Shown here piece after piece: positions 10,265-19,900 of a DNA stretch of 64,000 nucleotides (the first letter of the stretch is position 1; every line of letters starts with the position of its first letter). The position numbers were made by a program, and so were the translations under genes. Under the pieces are notes generated by a model. The model was given only the letters and a program-made list of their open reading frames with translations, had not been told where the DNA came from and made no database searches. The DNA comes from Chitinophaga sp. (lineage in GTDB: Bacteria > Bacteroidota > Bacteroidia > Chitinophagales > Chitinophagaceae), in NCBI RefSeq assembly GCF_039596455.1, contig NZ_JBCNJR010000008.1:25508-89507 (forward strand). Direction: 5' to 3'.

Positions 10265-13033
10265 ATGTTAAAATCCTTTTTTTTCTTTTTATCGGGAATC
10301 ATCTGTTTTAATATTCAGCTTTTTGCACAGGGCCGGCCGGGGCAGCACCAATACGAGGTGCTACCCATGGCCGGCATCTGGGCTTTTAAACCCGATCCTT
10401 TCGAGACAGGAGTGAATGCCAACGGCGTGCAGCTGCAACCCCAACTGGCAGAGACCATTACGCTGCCCGGCTCTACAGACGTGGGCGGCAAAGGCATCAA
10501 AACGCAGGGCATGACATCCCTGCGCCTTACGCGCGCTTTTGAGTACAAAGGCATTGCCTGGTACGAAAAAGAAATATTTGTGCCTGCGCAGTGGAAGGGC
10601 AAGGAAATAGACCTCTTCCTGGAGCGCGCCCACTGGGAAACCACCGTGTGGGTGAACGGCAAACCCGCCGGGCGCCGGGAAAGCCTTTCCGTACCGCATG
10701 TATACAGCATCTCTTCCCTCATTGAGCCGGGTAAACGGAACAAGGTGCGGATCAGGGTGAACAATGACAAGATCTATGATATAGAATACGCCCATGCCAT
10801 CAGTGCGGAAACACAAACCAACTGGAACGGCATCATCGGCAAAATAGAGCTGCGCGCATTTGACAAGGTGCATGTGGCTGACGTGCAGGTATACCCGGAT
10901 GCGGCCGCTAAAACCGCCCGGGTGAAGGTAACGCTGCGCAACCCCGGCAAGCTGGCCGTGAACGGGCAGCTGCAGTTTGCCGTAGTGCCGCCGCAAAGCG
11001 GGGGAGACGCCGCCTCCCACAGCATGGCCGTAACGGGTAAAGATTCCGTAATGGTGCTCACGGCCAACGTGCCGCTGGGCAATAACATACAGTGGTGGGA
11101 CGAGTTTACGCCCAACCTATACCGCATGCAGGTACAGCTCACCGCTACCGGCGCTGGTACAGAATACCAGAGTGCCGCCACCGTGCCCTTTGGCGTGAGA
11201 ACGCTGGCCACAAAAGGCACGCAGTTCGTTTTCAACGGCCGCCCTGCTTTCATACGCGGTACGGTAAACTCTTCAGAGTTTCCGCTCACCGGTTACCCGC
11301 CGGCAGACGTGGAAGAATGGATGCGCATCTTTAAAGTATGTAAAGACTATGGCCTCAACGCCATGCGCTTCCATAGCTGGTGCCCGCCGGAAGCCGCTTT
11401 CATTGCGGCAGACAGCCTGGGCTTTTACCTGCAGGCAGAAAATCCTGACTGGCGTTTCACTGTGGGTAAAGACTCCGCCACCAACCGTTTCCTGAAAGAG
11501 GAAGGGGAGCGCATACTGGATGCTTACGGCAATCACCCTTCTTTCATCATGTTCTGCGAAGGCAACGAAATGGTAGGCCCGAAAGTAAAAGAGTTCCTGA
11601 GCGAACAGGTGAAACACTGGAAGGAGTACGATCCCCGCCACCTGTACACCGGCAGCGCCGCTTACCCCATAGTGCCGGAAAGCCAGTACAACGTGTTGTA
11701 CGGCGCCCGCCCGCACCGCTGGAAGGAAGGGCTGAAAAGCCGCTTCAACGTGCGCCCGCTGGATACGCGGTATGACTATGCAGACTACGTGTCCAAACAC
11801 CCCGTGCCCATGATCACGCATGAAATAGGGCAGTGGTGCGTGTATCCCGACTTTGACGAAATACCCGCCTACACCGGCGTGCTGAAACCATACAACTACG
11901 AGCTGTTCCGTGAAATGCTGCGGGAAAGCGGCATGCTGGCGCAGGCCAGGGATTTCACCATGGCTTCCGGCAAGTTTCATGTGATCATGAAAAAGGAAGA
12001 AGTGGAATCTTACCTGCGCACGCCCGGCTTTGGCGGCTACCACATGCTGCAGCTGAATGACTTCCCCGGCCAGGGCACGGCGCCCGTGGGCGTGGTAGAC
12101 ATTTTCTGGCGTCCCAAGCCCTACACCAACGGCGCAGAGTTCAGCAAGTTCCAGGCGGCCAGAACGCCGTTGCTCAGAACCAATACCTTCACGTATACCA
12201 ATAACCAGTTGTTTGCAGCTACCGCCCAGTTCGCTAACTTCGGGGCCGCACCCATGGAGAACGCGGTAGTACACTGGGCGCTTCAGTACCCTGACGGGAA
12301 AGTGTATGCCGAAGGAGACCTGCCCGCAGCCAACATACCGGTAGGTTCTCCGTTTACACTGGGTGAGCTGTCTGTACCCCTGAACAAAGTGGAGGAAGCT
12401 GTACAGCTTCGTTTAACCATGAGCGTGAAAGGCACGGAGTACAGCAACCAGTGGAGCATCTGGGTGTACCCGCAGCAACTGCCCGCATTGCCCGGTAAAG
12501 ATGTAATGATCGCCTACAACTGGGACAATAAAGTAAAAAACTATTTGGAGAAAGGAGGGAAGGTGCTGCTGCTGGCAGATACGGCCAAAGTGCGATCAGA
12601 CGCAGACCCGGTATTCTCCGGCATATCCTGGAACACCGTATGGTCTGGCATGCCGCCCAACCTGCTGGGCATTCTCTGCGATCCCTCACACCCGGCGCTG
12701 AAACACTTCCCTACAGAGTTTCACTCCAACTGGCAGTGGTGGGATGTGGTGCGCAATTCCAAACCAATGGTGCTGGACAGCCTGCCGTATGGCTTTACGC
12801 CGCTGGTGCAGATGGTGCCAGACTGGAACCGCCCGCGTAAAATAGGCCTGGTGTTTGAGGCCCGTGTAGGCAAAGGCAGCCTGCTGGTGACTGCTTCAGA
12901 CCTGCGGAACGATATGGAGAAACGCCCGGTAGCCCGGCAAATGCTGTACAGCCTGAAGGCGTACGCCAATAGCAAAGATTTTGCACCGGTGCAGCAGGTA
13001 GATGCGGCACTGATAGATAAACTTTTTAAATGA
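10265..13033 (+). CDS. glycoside hydrolase family 2-like enzyme (paralogue 1)
   Basis: Signal peptide; GH2 sugar-binding N-domain (GIAWYEKEI, LFLERAHW), QTNWNGIIG, FGVR, RFHSWCPP, NHPSFIMFCEGNE, HEIGQW. Confidence 0.85.
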   Translation: MLKSFFFFLSGIICFNIQLFAQGRPGQHQYEVLPMAGIWAFKPDPFETGVNANGVQLQPQLAETITLPGSTDVGGKGIKTQGMTSLRLTRAFEYKGIAWYEKEIFVPAQWKGKEIDLFLERAHWETTVWVNGKPAGRRESLSVPHVYSISSLIEPGKRNKVRIRVNNDKIYDIEYAHAISAETQTNWNGIIGKIELRAFDKVHVADVQVYPDAAAKTARVKVTLRNPGKLAVNGQLQFAVVPPQSGGDAASHSMAVTGKDSVMVLTANVPLGNNIQWWDEFTPNLYRMQVQLTATGAGTEYQSAATVPFGVRTLATKGTQFVFNGRPAFIRGTVNSSEFPLTGYPPADVEEWMRIFKVCKDYGLNAMRFHSWCPPEAAFIAADSLGFYLQAENPDWRFTVGKDSATNRFLKEEGERILDAYGNHPSFIMFCEGNEMVGPKVKEFLSEQVKHWKEYDPRHLYTGSAAYPIVPESQYNVLYGARPHRWKEGLKSRFNVRPLDTRYDYADYVSKHPVPMITHEIGQWCVYPDFDEIPAYTGVLKPYNYELFREMLRESGMLAQARDFTMASGKFHVIMKKEEVESYLRTPGFGGYHMLQLNDFPGQGTAPVGVVDIFWRPKPYTNGAEFSKFQAARTPLLRTNTFTYTNNQLFAATAQFANFGAAPMENAVVHWALQYPDGKVYAEGDLPAANIPVGSPFTLGELSVPLNKVEEAVQLRLTMSVKGTEYSNQWSIWVYPQQLPALPGKDVMIAYNWDNKVKNYLEKGGKVLLLADTAKVRSDADPVFSGISWNTVWSGMPPNLLGILCDPSHPALKHFPTEFHSNWQWWDVVRNSKPMVLDSLPYGFTPLVQMVPDWNRPRKIGLVFEARVGKGSLLVTASDLRNDMEKRPVARQMLYSLKAYANSKDFAPVQQVDAALIDKLFK

Positions 13034-13752
13034 TGAGGATGAACAGATTTATGCTGACGGCGCTGTTGTGCACAGGCACCCTGTTTAGCGCCAGCGCACA
13101 GGTGGCGGATACGGCTACGTACCTGGCCGGCGTAAAGGCCGAGCTGGTGAAGAAATGGCCGAAGAACCGCACCATCAACCTGGTATTTCACGGCCACTCC
13201 GTGCCCAGCGGCTATTTCAGAACGCCAGATGTGAGAACGATGGACGCGTACCCTATGCAGGTACTGACCGCGGTGAAGGAGCGCTTCCCCTATGCGGTAG
13301 TGAACGCCATCACCACCTCCATTGGCGGTGAAAACTCCGAACAGGGCGAAAAACGTTTCAAAAAAGACGTGCTGGTGCATCAACCGGATGTGCTGTTCAT
13401 AGACTATGCGCTGAACGACAGGGCTATTGGCCTGGAAAGGTCACGCAAGGCCATGGAGAAGATGATCAAAATGGCGTTGAAGAAACACATCCCTGTAATA
13501 CTGCTCACCCCTTCGCCAGACCTGCAGGTAGACCTCCTGGAAGACGGCAACGTACTGGAGCAGCATACCAATCAGCTGAAAGCCCTGGCCGCGCAGTACA
13601 AGATAGGGCTGGCAGACAGCTACGCCGCCTTCAGGGCCGTAGCCGCGCAAGGGCAGGCATTAAAAGAGCTGATGGCGCAAAGCAACCATCCTGACAGGAA
13701 GGGGCACACGCTGATCGCTCAACAGGTTTTAACTTACTTCGGACAGTTATGA
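13030..13752 (+). CDS. SGNH/GDSL hydrolase (probable carbohydrate acetylesterase)
   Basis: Blocks FHGHS, GGENS, DYALND, NHPDRKGH; signal peptide; inside the PUL. Confidence 0.85.
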   Translation: MMRMNRFMLTALLCTGTLFSASAQVADTATYLAGVKAELVKKWPKNRTINLVFHGHSVPSGYFRTPDVRTMDAYPMQVLTAVKERFPYAVVNAITTSIGGENSEQGEKRFKKDVLVHQPDVLFIDYALNDRAIGLERSRKAMEKMIKMALKKHIPVILLTPSPDLQVDLLEDGNVLEQHTNQLKALAAQYKIGLADSYAAFRAVAAQGQALKELMAQSNHPDRKGHTLIAQQVLTYFGQL

Positions 13753-15014
13753 TAAGCAGATTGAAAATGATGGCGGTGCTGTTTTGTATGGCAGTTACCG
13801 CGCAGAACGGAATCGCACAGAAAAAAGTAAGTCGCCGGGCAGATGCGGCCGTGTTGCAAATGGCAGACCAGGCGCTGCGCGAATCAGTGCAGCAGTATAA
13901 ATTGCTGATGAAACAGCTGCCGCCGAAAAAATTGCCGCGTACGTACGAGAAAGGGCAATTGCTCACCGTAACGCCATATGCCTGGATCAGCGGGTTCTAC
14001 CCCGGTTCCGTGCTCTATCTCTATGAGTACTCGAAAGATACCGCGCTGCTGCGGGAAGGTGTAGAAAGACTGCGGCAGCAGGAAAAGCTGCAGACCGTCA
14101 CCGCCAACCATGACCTCGGCTTTATGATGTACTGCAGCGTGGGCAACGGCTACCGCCTGTTCAATAAACCGCATGATAAAGACGTGCTGGTACAATCCGC
14201 CAAATCACTGGCCAGCCGCTTCTACCCGAAAGTGGGCTGCATCAAGAGCTGGGACGGCGTTAAATCTCTTGACGGGAAAAGGATGCTGGACTTCCCGGTG
14301 ATCATAGACAATATGATGAACCTGGAGCTGCTGTTCTTTGCCTCCCGCGTAACGGGAGACCCCAGCTACCGGAACATTGCCGTAACGCATACGGAAACCA
14401 CTCTAAAGAACCATTTCAGGCCTGATTACAGCAGCTACCACGTAGTGAACTACGATGGGGAAACCGGCGCCGTAAAAAGCCAGGAAACCCACCAGGGTTT
14501 TTCTGATAACTCCACCTGGTCACGCGGGCAGGCATGGGCCATTTACGGTTTCACCATGGTATACCGCGAAACGGGTAACAAAAAATACCTGAAGGCCGCG
14601 TGCAAGATGGCGGATTTTTTCCTGCACCATCCCAACCTGCCGGCAGACAAGGTGCCTTACTGGGATTTTAACGTGGGTCAGCCGGGTTACAACCCCGTAT
14701 GGAACTTTGACCCGAAGCGCTACCCTGAAGTGCCGAGAGATGCTTCCGCGGCCGCGGTGGTATCTTCCGCGCTCATAGAACTGTCTGGCTACGTAAAAGG
14801 CAAGGCAGGCAAAGAATACCTGGCCGCGGCAGAAGCCATGCTGCGCTCCTTAAGCTCCCCGCAATACCGCGCGGCGGCAGGGGAGAACGGCGGGTTCATC
14901 CTGAAACATGCTTCCGGCGGCGTGCCGGGCAATATTGAAGTAGACGTGCCGCTTTCTTACGCGGACTATTATTACCTGGAAGCGCTGATGCGGTACCGGG
15001 CTTTGGGGGAATAA
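13749..15014 (+). CDS. GH88 unsaturated glucuronyl hydrolase (paralogue 1)
   Basis: HDLGFMMYCS, VIIDNMMNLELLF, STWSRGQAW, RDASAAA, DVPLSYADYYYLEAL. Confidence 0.92.
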   Translation: MISRLKMMAVLFCMAVTAQNGIAQKKVSRRADAAVLQMADQALRESVQQYKLLMKQLPPKKLPRTYEKGQLLTVTPYAWISGFYPGSVLYLYEYSKDTALLREGVERLRQQEKLQTVTANHDLGFMMYCSVGNGYRLFNKPHDKDVLVQSAKSLASRFYPKVGCIKSWDGVKSLDGKRMLDFPVIIDNMMNLELLFFASRVTGDPSYRNIAVTHTETTLKNHFRPDYSSYHVVNYDGETGAVKSQETHQGFSDNSTWSRGQAWAIYGFTMVYRETGNKKYLKAACKMADFFLHHPNLPADKVPYWDFNVGQPGYNPVWNFDPKRYPEVPRDASAAAVVSSALIELSGYVKGKAGKEYLAAAEAMLRSLSSPQYRAAAGENGGFILKHASGGVPGNIEVDVPLSYADYYYLEALMRYRALGE

Positions 15015-15024
15015 CGAAGTGATC

Positions 15025-17025
15025 ATGAAGATGAATAAAAGACTTTTAGCAGCCATCATTTTTCAATGCATATTTTTCAGCACAGCCCATGCGCAGCTGG
15101 ACACTATTGTGAACCGCTATGAGGCCTACCTGCTGCGCACTAATGTACCGCAGCCCGCCGTTGCGCAAGACTGGGCCGCCACGCTGAACGCTAAAGGGCA
15201 ATGGGCAGACATACCGTATGACGACAAGCAGCTTTCCGGCTGGAAAGTAACCCTCCACCTGGCGCGCGTGCGGGATATGGCGCTGGCATGGGCGCACCCT
15301 GCTTCGTCCGTGCGCAACAACCCGCAGCTGCTGGAAAAGGCCGGTCAGGCCTTAGACCACTGGCTGGCCTGCCGCTACCAGAGCGCCAACTGGTGGCATA
15401 ACGAAATTGGCGTGCCACGGTACATGCGGGATATTATTGTTTTGCTCCGCCGCCAGCTGGACACGGCGCGGCTCCGGCAGTGCCTCGAAGTGATGGCGCA
15501 GCTGCGCGTGCGTGAGAACTATGTGGGCAGCAACCTCATCTGGTGCGCAGACCTTGGGTTGAATTACGGCGCCCTTACCGGCAATGAAAAAATGGTGGAG
15601 CGCTGCATCCGCCTCATCCTGAAAGAGATCCAGATCAGCGACGGGGAAGGCGTGAAGCCAGATTACAGTTTTCACCAGCACGGCGCACGGCTGCAGATGT
15701 ACCAGTACGGTGAAGCTTTTCTGACGGAGAGCGTGCGCATAGCCTGGCAGCTGCGCGGCACGCCGCAGGCCTTCCCGCAGGAGAAAATAGACATCCTCAG
15801 CAATTTTGCGCTCAAAGGCTGGCAGTGGATGGGCCGCGGCATTCATACCGTACCCGGCACCATGGACCGTTCTTCTTCCCGCGTAGGGGAAATGCACGGC
15901 GCGGAGCTTCGCCCTACCATTCCCTTCCTGGCGGAGCTGCAACCGCGTGAAGCTGCTGCGCTGGCCCGCATGGAAGAGATGCAGAACGGCAGGGGCGCGC
16001 TGAATGGCCATCGTCATTATCCTTATTCAGACTTTACCGTTTACCACCGCCCCGGCTTCAGCGTGTTCCTGAAAACCATTTCCACACGCACGCTGGCTAC
16101 AGAATCTATCAACAACGAAAACCTGAAAGGCCGCCTGCTCAACAGCGGGGATGCGTACCTGGTACGCAACGGCCAGGAATATTATAACATGATGCCCGTG
16201 TGGGACTATACCGCCCTGCCCGGCATCACCACCTTTAAAGGCGCAGACCACATCAAACGCCTGCCGTTCACCGGCGGCGTGAGTGACAGCACCAGCGGCC
16301 TTACCGCCATGGACTATAACATGCAGGACGAAACGGGCAGGCAGGCGCTCAGGGCCCGCAAGTACTGGGCCTTTCATGGTAACGTGGTGGTTTGCCTCAT
16401 AGCCGGTTTGCAGGCGCAGCAGGTAACCGGCGATGTTTACACCGCCCTTGACCAATGCCGCGTACAGGGCCCGGTTACCGTCAATAAACCGGGGCAGCAG
16501 CTGCAGCCCGGCGTGCACCCGGTGGAGCAGGTGAAATGGGTGCATCATGCCGGGTTTGCTTACATTCCGCTAGAGCCTGCGCCCTTCAATGTAAAGCTCG
16601 AAGAAGTGACCGGCGCCTGGTCTGCCGTAAACGCCTCCGAATCTGGTGCGCCGGTTACTGAAAAAGTGTTCAGCCCGGTGATGCTGCACCGCGGGCAATC
16701 TGCCGCCGGCTATGCGCTGGCCTTCTGCGAAACGCCCGCGCAGGCCGCAAAGCTAGCCAAACGTCCGCAGTGGAAAGTGTTAAGGAACGATACTACCTGC
16801 CAGGCCGTACAGTTCAAAGATGGTACGCTGATGGCCGTATTCTATGCAGCCGGGGAAGCGGGTGGCATTGCTGTAGACCAGCCCTGCCTGCTGATGCGGA
16901 AAAAGAACTGCATTCACCTCAGTGACCCTGCGCACCAGGGAATTACGGTGAACGTTACCATGCGTCATACCACCCAGGCAGTGACCCTTCCCAAAGACGG
17001 GTCTGCCGTAAAACTGGCTGAATGA
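15025..17025 (+). CDS. polysaccharide lyase family 8 (chondroitin AC/hyaluronate lyase-like)
   Basis: NWWHNEIGVP, GSNLIW, DYSFHQHG...QYG (catalytic Asn/His/Tyr context), PVWDYTALPGIT; signal peptide. Confidence 0.9.
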   Translation: MKMNKRLLAAIIFQCIFFSTAHAQLDTIVNRYEAYLLRTNVPQPAVAQDWAATLNAKGQWADIPYDDKQLSGWKVTLHLARVRDMALAWAHPASSVRNNPQLLEKAGQALDHWLACRYQSANWWHNEIGVPRYMRDIIVLLRRQLDTARLRQCLEVMAQLRVRENYVGSNLIWCADLGLNYGALTGNEKMVERCIRLILKEIQISDGEGVKPDYSFHQHGARLQMYQYGEAFLTESVRIAWQLRGTPQAFPQEKIDILSNFALKGWQWMGRGIHTVPGTMDRSSSRVGEMHGAELRPTIPFLAELQPREAAALARMEEMQNGRGALNGHRHYPYSDFTVYHRPGFSVFLKTISTRTLATESINNENLKGRLLNSGDAYLVRNGQEYYNMMPVWDYTALPGITTFKGADHIKRLPFTGGVSDSTSGLTAMDYNMQDETGRQALRARKYWAFHGNVVVCLIAGLQAQQVTGDVYTALDQCRVQGPVTVNKPGQQLQPGVHPVEQVKWVHHAGFAYIPLEPAPFNVKLEEVTGAWSAVNASESGAPVTEKVFSPVMLHRGQSAAGYALAFCETPAQAAKLAKRPQWKVLRNDTTCQAVQFKDGTLMAVFYAAGEAGGIAVDQPCLLMRKKNCIHLSDPAHQGITVNVTMRHTTQAVTLPKDGSAVKLAE

Positions 17026-19889
17026 TGAGGAACAGGATATGGATATGGACGATGCTCTGCTGCCTGCCCGCTTTGCAAACGCAGGCGCAGGAGCGGGAGC
17101 AGATCGTTTTGAAAGGAACGTGGCAGTTCAGGATAGATAGTACCGGCAAAGGCCTGCAGGAAAACTGGCAGCGCGCCGCGTTTGCCGAAACCGTGCAACT
17201 GCCCGGCACCATGGAGGAGAACAGGAAGGGGAGGCCGGTGCAGAAAGCATCACCCCAATACCTGAACCAGACCTGGCAATACGCCGGCGCGGCATGGTAC
17301 CGGAAAGAAATTGAAGTGCCCGCATCATGGAGCGGCCGGCAGGCGCAGCTGTTCCTGGAGCGCACCAAAGCCACCCGCGTGTGGGTAGACGGGCGCCCGG
17401 CAGGGGAGAGCACGCTGCTGTCCGCCCCGCAGGTATACCGCCTGGGCCACCTGCTCACGCCTGGTAAACATACCCTCACCATTATGGTGAACAATGACCC
17501 GAAGCTGTTGCCCGTAGGCGGCTCCCACATTCTCAGCGAGCATACGCAAACCAACTGGAACGGCATCATCGGCAACATGTACCTGGAGGCGTTACCCCCG
17601 CTGGAGATAACGCAGGTGCGCATTACACCGGATGTGAAGAACCGCCGGGCGCTGGTGAAGCTGCGTGTGCTCAACCACCTTCCGGCTCTGCAGACCGCTA
17701 CGCTCGAGTTGCAGGCCGCTCTGTGGAACAGCCCGCGCAAACACAACGCCCCGCCGTTGCAGCGGGCCCTGCAAGTGAAAGGCAGGGATACGGTGATAAC
17801 ACTTTCATATCCCCTGGGCCCGCAGGCCGCCCTGTGGAGCGAATATAACCCCGCGCTGTACCGGCTGAACATTGCCTTGCGGAACGGGAAAAAGATATTG
17901 GACCGGTCTGTTACAGACTTTGGCCTGCGCGAGTTCAGAACCGCCGGTACGCACTTTGCCGTGAACGGCGTTGTTACCTTTCTGCGGGGCAAGAACGATG
18001 GCTGCATCTTTCCGCTCACCGGTTACCCCCCAACAGATACTGCCGCCTGGCGCCGGTTGTACCGTATAGCCAAAAGCTACGGCATCAACCATTACCGTTT
18101 TCATTCCTACACCCCGCCGCAGGCCGCATTTGCGGCGGCCGATGCGGAAGGTATCTACATTCAGGCGGAGCTGCCCAACTGGTCTGATCTCAAGATAGCA
18201 GATACCTTCCGCGCCGGTTTTCAGCTGCGGGAAGGCCTGGCCATACTGGATGCTTACGGCAACCACGCCTCTTTTGTGATGTGCAGCCTGGGCAACGAGC
18301 TGAGCGGGGACGATGAGGTGCATAACAAGCTGGTGCGCGCCCTCAAAGCGCATGACCCGCGGCGCCTTTACGCGCACGGCACCAACGCTTTCTACGCAGA
18401 CCCCCGGCCGGGCCCGGCAGATGATTTCTGGGTAACCATGCGCACCGGCAAAGAATCTCCGCAGCGGGAAACGGACGTGCGCGGCTCTTTTGCTACTACA
18501 GAAGATGTGGAGAACGGCCTGCTCAATGCCTGCCCGCCAAATACCCGCCGCAACTTTTCCGCCGCGCTGAAAGGCTTTGGCCTGCCCGTGGTGGGCCATG
18601 AAACCGGGCAATACCAGGTATACCCCAACTACCAGGAAATACCGCAATACACCGGCGTGCTGAAAGCCGCCAACCTGGGCATTTTCAGGGACAGGCTGCA
18701 AAAAGCGGGCATGGGCGGCCAGGCGGAAGACTTTTTCAAAGCCTCCGGTAAACTGACCGCGCTGCTGTACCGCGAAGAAATTGAAATGGTGTTCAGAACA
18801 CCGGGCATGGCAGGCTTCCAGCTGCTGGACCTGCAGGATTTTCCCGGCCAGGGCACGGCGCTGGTAGGTTTGCTGAACGCATTTATGGAAAGCAAGGGGC
18901 TGATAGATACGGCCACGTTCCGCAGCTTCAACAGTGATGTAGTGCTGCAGCTGCTCATGGACAAGTACACCTGGGCCAGCAATGAAACCTATGCCGCGGA
19001 CGTGCAGTTAGTGAATTATAGTCCGGCCGCTTTGCGCAATAAAACCATCCGCTGGACGGCCACCGATGGCAGCAGGGTAGTAGCGCAGGGCAGTCTGCCC
19101 GTACCGCTGGCACGCAATGGCGGCATTCAGCCCGCAGGCCGCATCCGCATTCCGCTGCAGCAGGTCAGGGCGGCAGCTAAACTGACCATCAGGCTGGAGG
19201 CTGCCGGTGTGCGTGCGGTGGAATACCCGGTGTGGGTGTACCCGCAGCAGGCAGCCGTGTATCCGGGCAAAGGTGTAGCGCTTGCCGCCCGCCCCGGTGC
19301 CGCGCAAAGCAACGTGCCGCAGCCAAACGCAGACATCACCATAGCCACCGCCCTCACGCCGGAGGTTACAGAGGTATTGAACGCCGGCGGCAAGGTGCTG
19401 CTTTTCCCTGACCATCAGGCAGTAAAAAACAAAACCGTAGGCCCGCAGTTCATTGCCGAGTTCTGGAACTGGCTGGTGTTCAAAGGCGGGGCGGAGCGCA
19501 TGAAAAGACCCGTATCTGCCGGTACGCTGGGCATTCTTACAGACCCGGAGCATCCGCTGTTCCGGCATTTCCCTACGGAGTTCCATACCAACTGGCAGTG
19601 GTGGCATATTCTCAAAAATGCCCGCCCGCTGGTGCTTGATAAAACAGATACCGCTTACCGGCCTATTGTGCAGGTGATAGACAATATTGACCGCAACCAC
19701 AAGCTGGGGCTGATCTTCGAATGCCGCGCGGGCAAAGGCAGCCTGCTGGTATGCATGGCCAACCTGCCCGCCATACAGCAGCAGCCGGAAGCCCGGCAGC
19801 TTTATTACAGCATGCTGGAGTACATGCGCAGCAACCGCTTTCAGCCGCAAACCAGCCTCAGCATGGCGCAACTGCAGGAAATCTTATAA
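17022..19889 (+). CDS. glycoside hydrolase family 2-like enzyme (paralogue 2)
   Basis: Shares QTNWNGIIG, FPLTGYPP, RFHSYTPP, LGNEL, DFPGQGTA, HFPTEFHTNWQWW with paralogue 1. Confidence 0.85.
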   Translation: MMRNRIWIWTMLCCLPALQTQAQEREQIVLKGTWQFRIDSTGKGLQENWQRAAFAETVQLPGTMEENRKGRPVQKASPQYLNQTWQYAGAAWYRKEIEVPASWSGRQAQLFLERTKATRVWVDGRPAGESTLLSAPQVYRLGHLLTPGKHTLTIMVNNDPKLLPVGGSHILSEHTQTNWNGIIGNMYLEALPPLEITQVRITPDVKNRRALVKLRVLNHLPALQTATLELQAALWNSPRKHNAPPLQRALQVKGRDTVITLSYPLGPQAALWSEYNPALYRLNIALRNGKKILDRSVTDFGLREFRTAGTHFAVNGVVTFLRGKNDGCIFPLTGYPPTDTAAWRRLYRIAKSYGINHYRFHSYTPPQAAFAAADAEGIYIQAELPNWSDLKIADTFRAGFQLREGLAILDAYGNHASFVMCSLGNELSGDDEVHNKLVRALKAHDPRRLYAHGTNAFYADPRPGPADDFWVTMRTGKESPQRETDVRGSFATTEDVENGLLNACPPNTRRNFSAALKGFGLPVVGHETGQYQVYPNYQEIPQYTGVLKAANLGIFRDRLQKAGMGGQAEDFFKASGKLTALLYREEIEMVFRTPGMAGFQLLDLQDFPGQGTALVGLLNAFMESKGLIDTATFRSFNSDVVLQLLMDKYTWASNETYAADVQLVNYSPAALRNKTIRWTATDGSRVVAQGSLPVPLARNGGIQPAGRIRIPLQQVRAAAKLTIRLEAAGVRAVEYPVWVYPQQAAVYPGKGVALAARPGAAQSNVPQPNADITIATALTPEVTEVLNAGGKVLLFPDHQAVKNKTVGPQFIAEFWNWLVFKGGAERMKRPVSAGTLGILTDPEHPLFRHFPTEFHTNWQWWHILKNARPLVLDKTDTAYRPIVQVIDNIDRNHKLGLIFECRAGKGSLLVCMANLPAIQQQPEARQLYYSMLEYMRSNRFQPQTSLSMAQLQEIL

Positions 19890-19900
19890 AACAGACACAG

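Noticed and set aside
12059-18860. Short DNA matches between the two GH2 genes (e.g. cccggccagggcacggcg) and between the two GH88 genes
   Set aside because: Explained by conserved protein motifs in paralogues, not mobile-element or CRISPR repeats.
19721-19900. N-terminal extension of GH88 paralogue 2 in the ORF track
   Set aside because: Overlaps the GH2 3' end; ATG 19901 gives a proper signal peptide.
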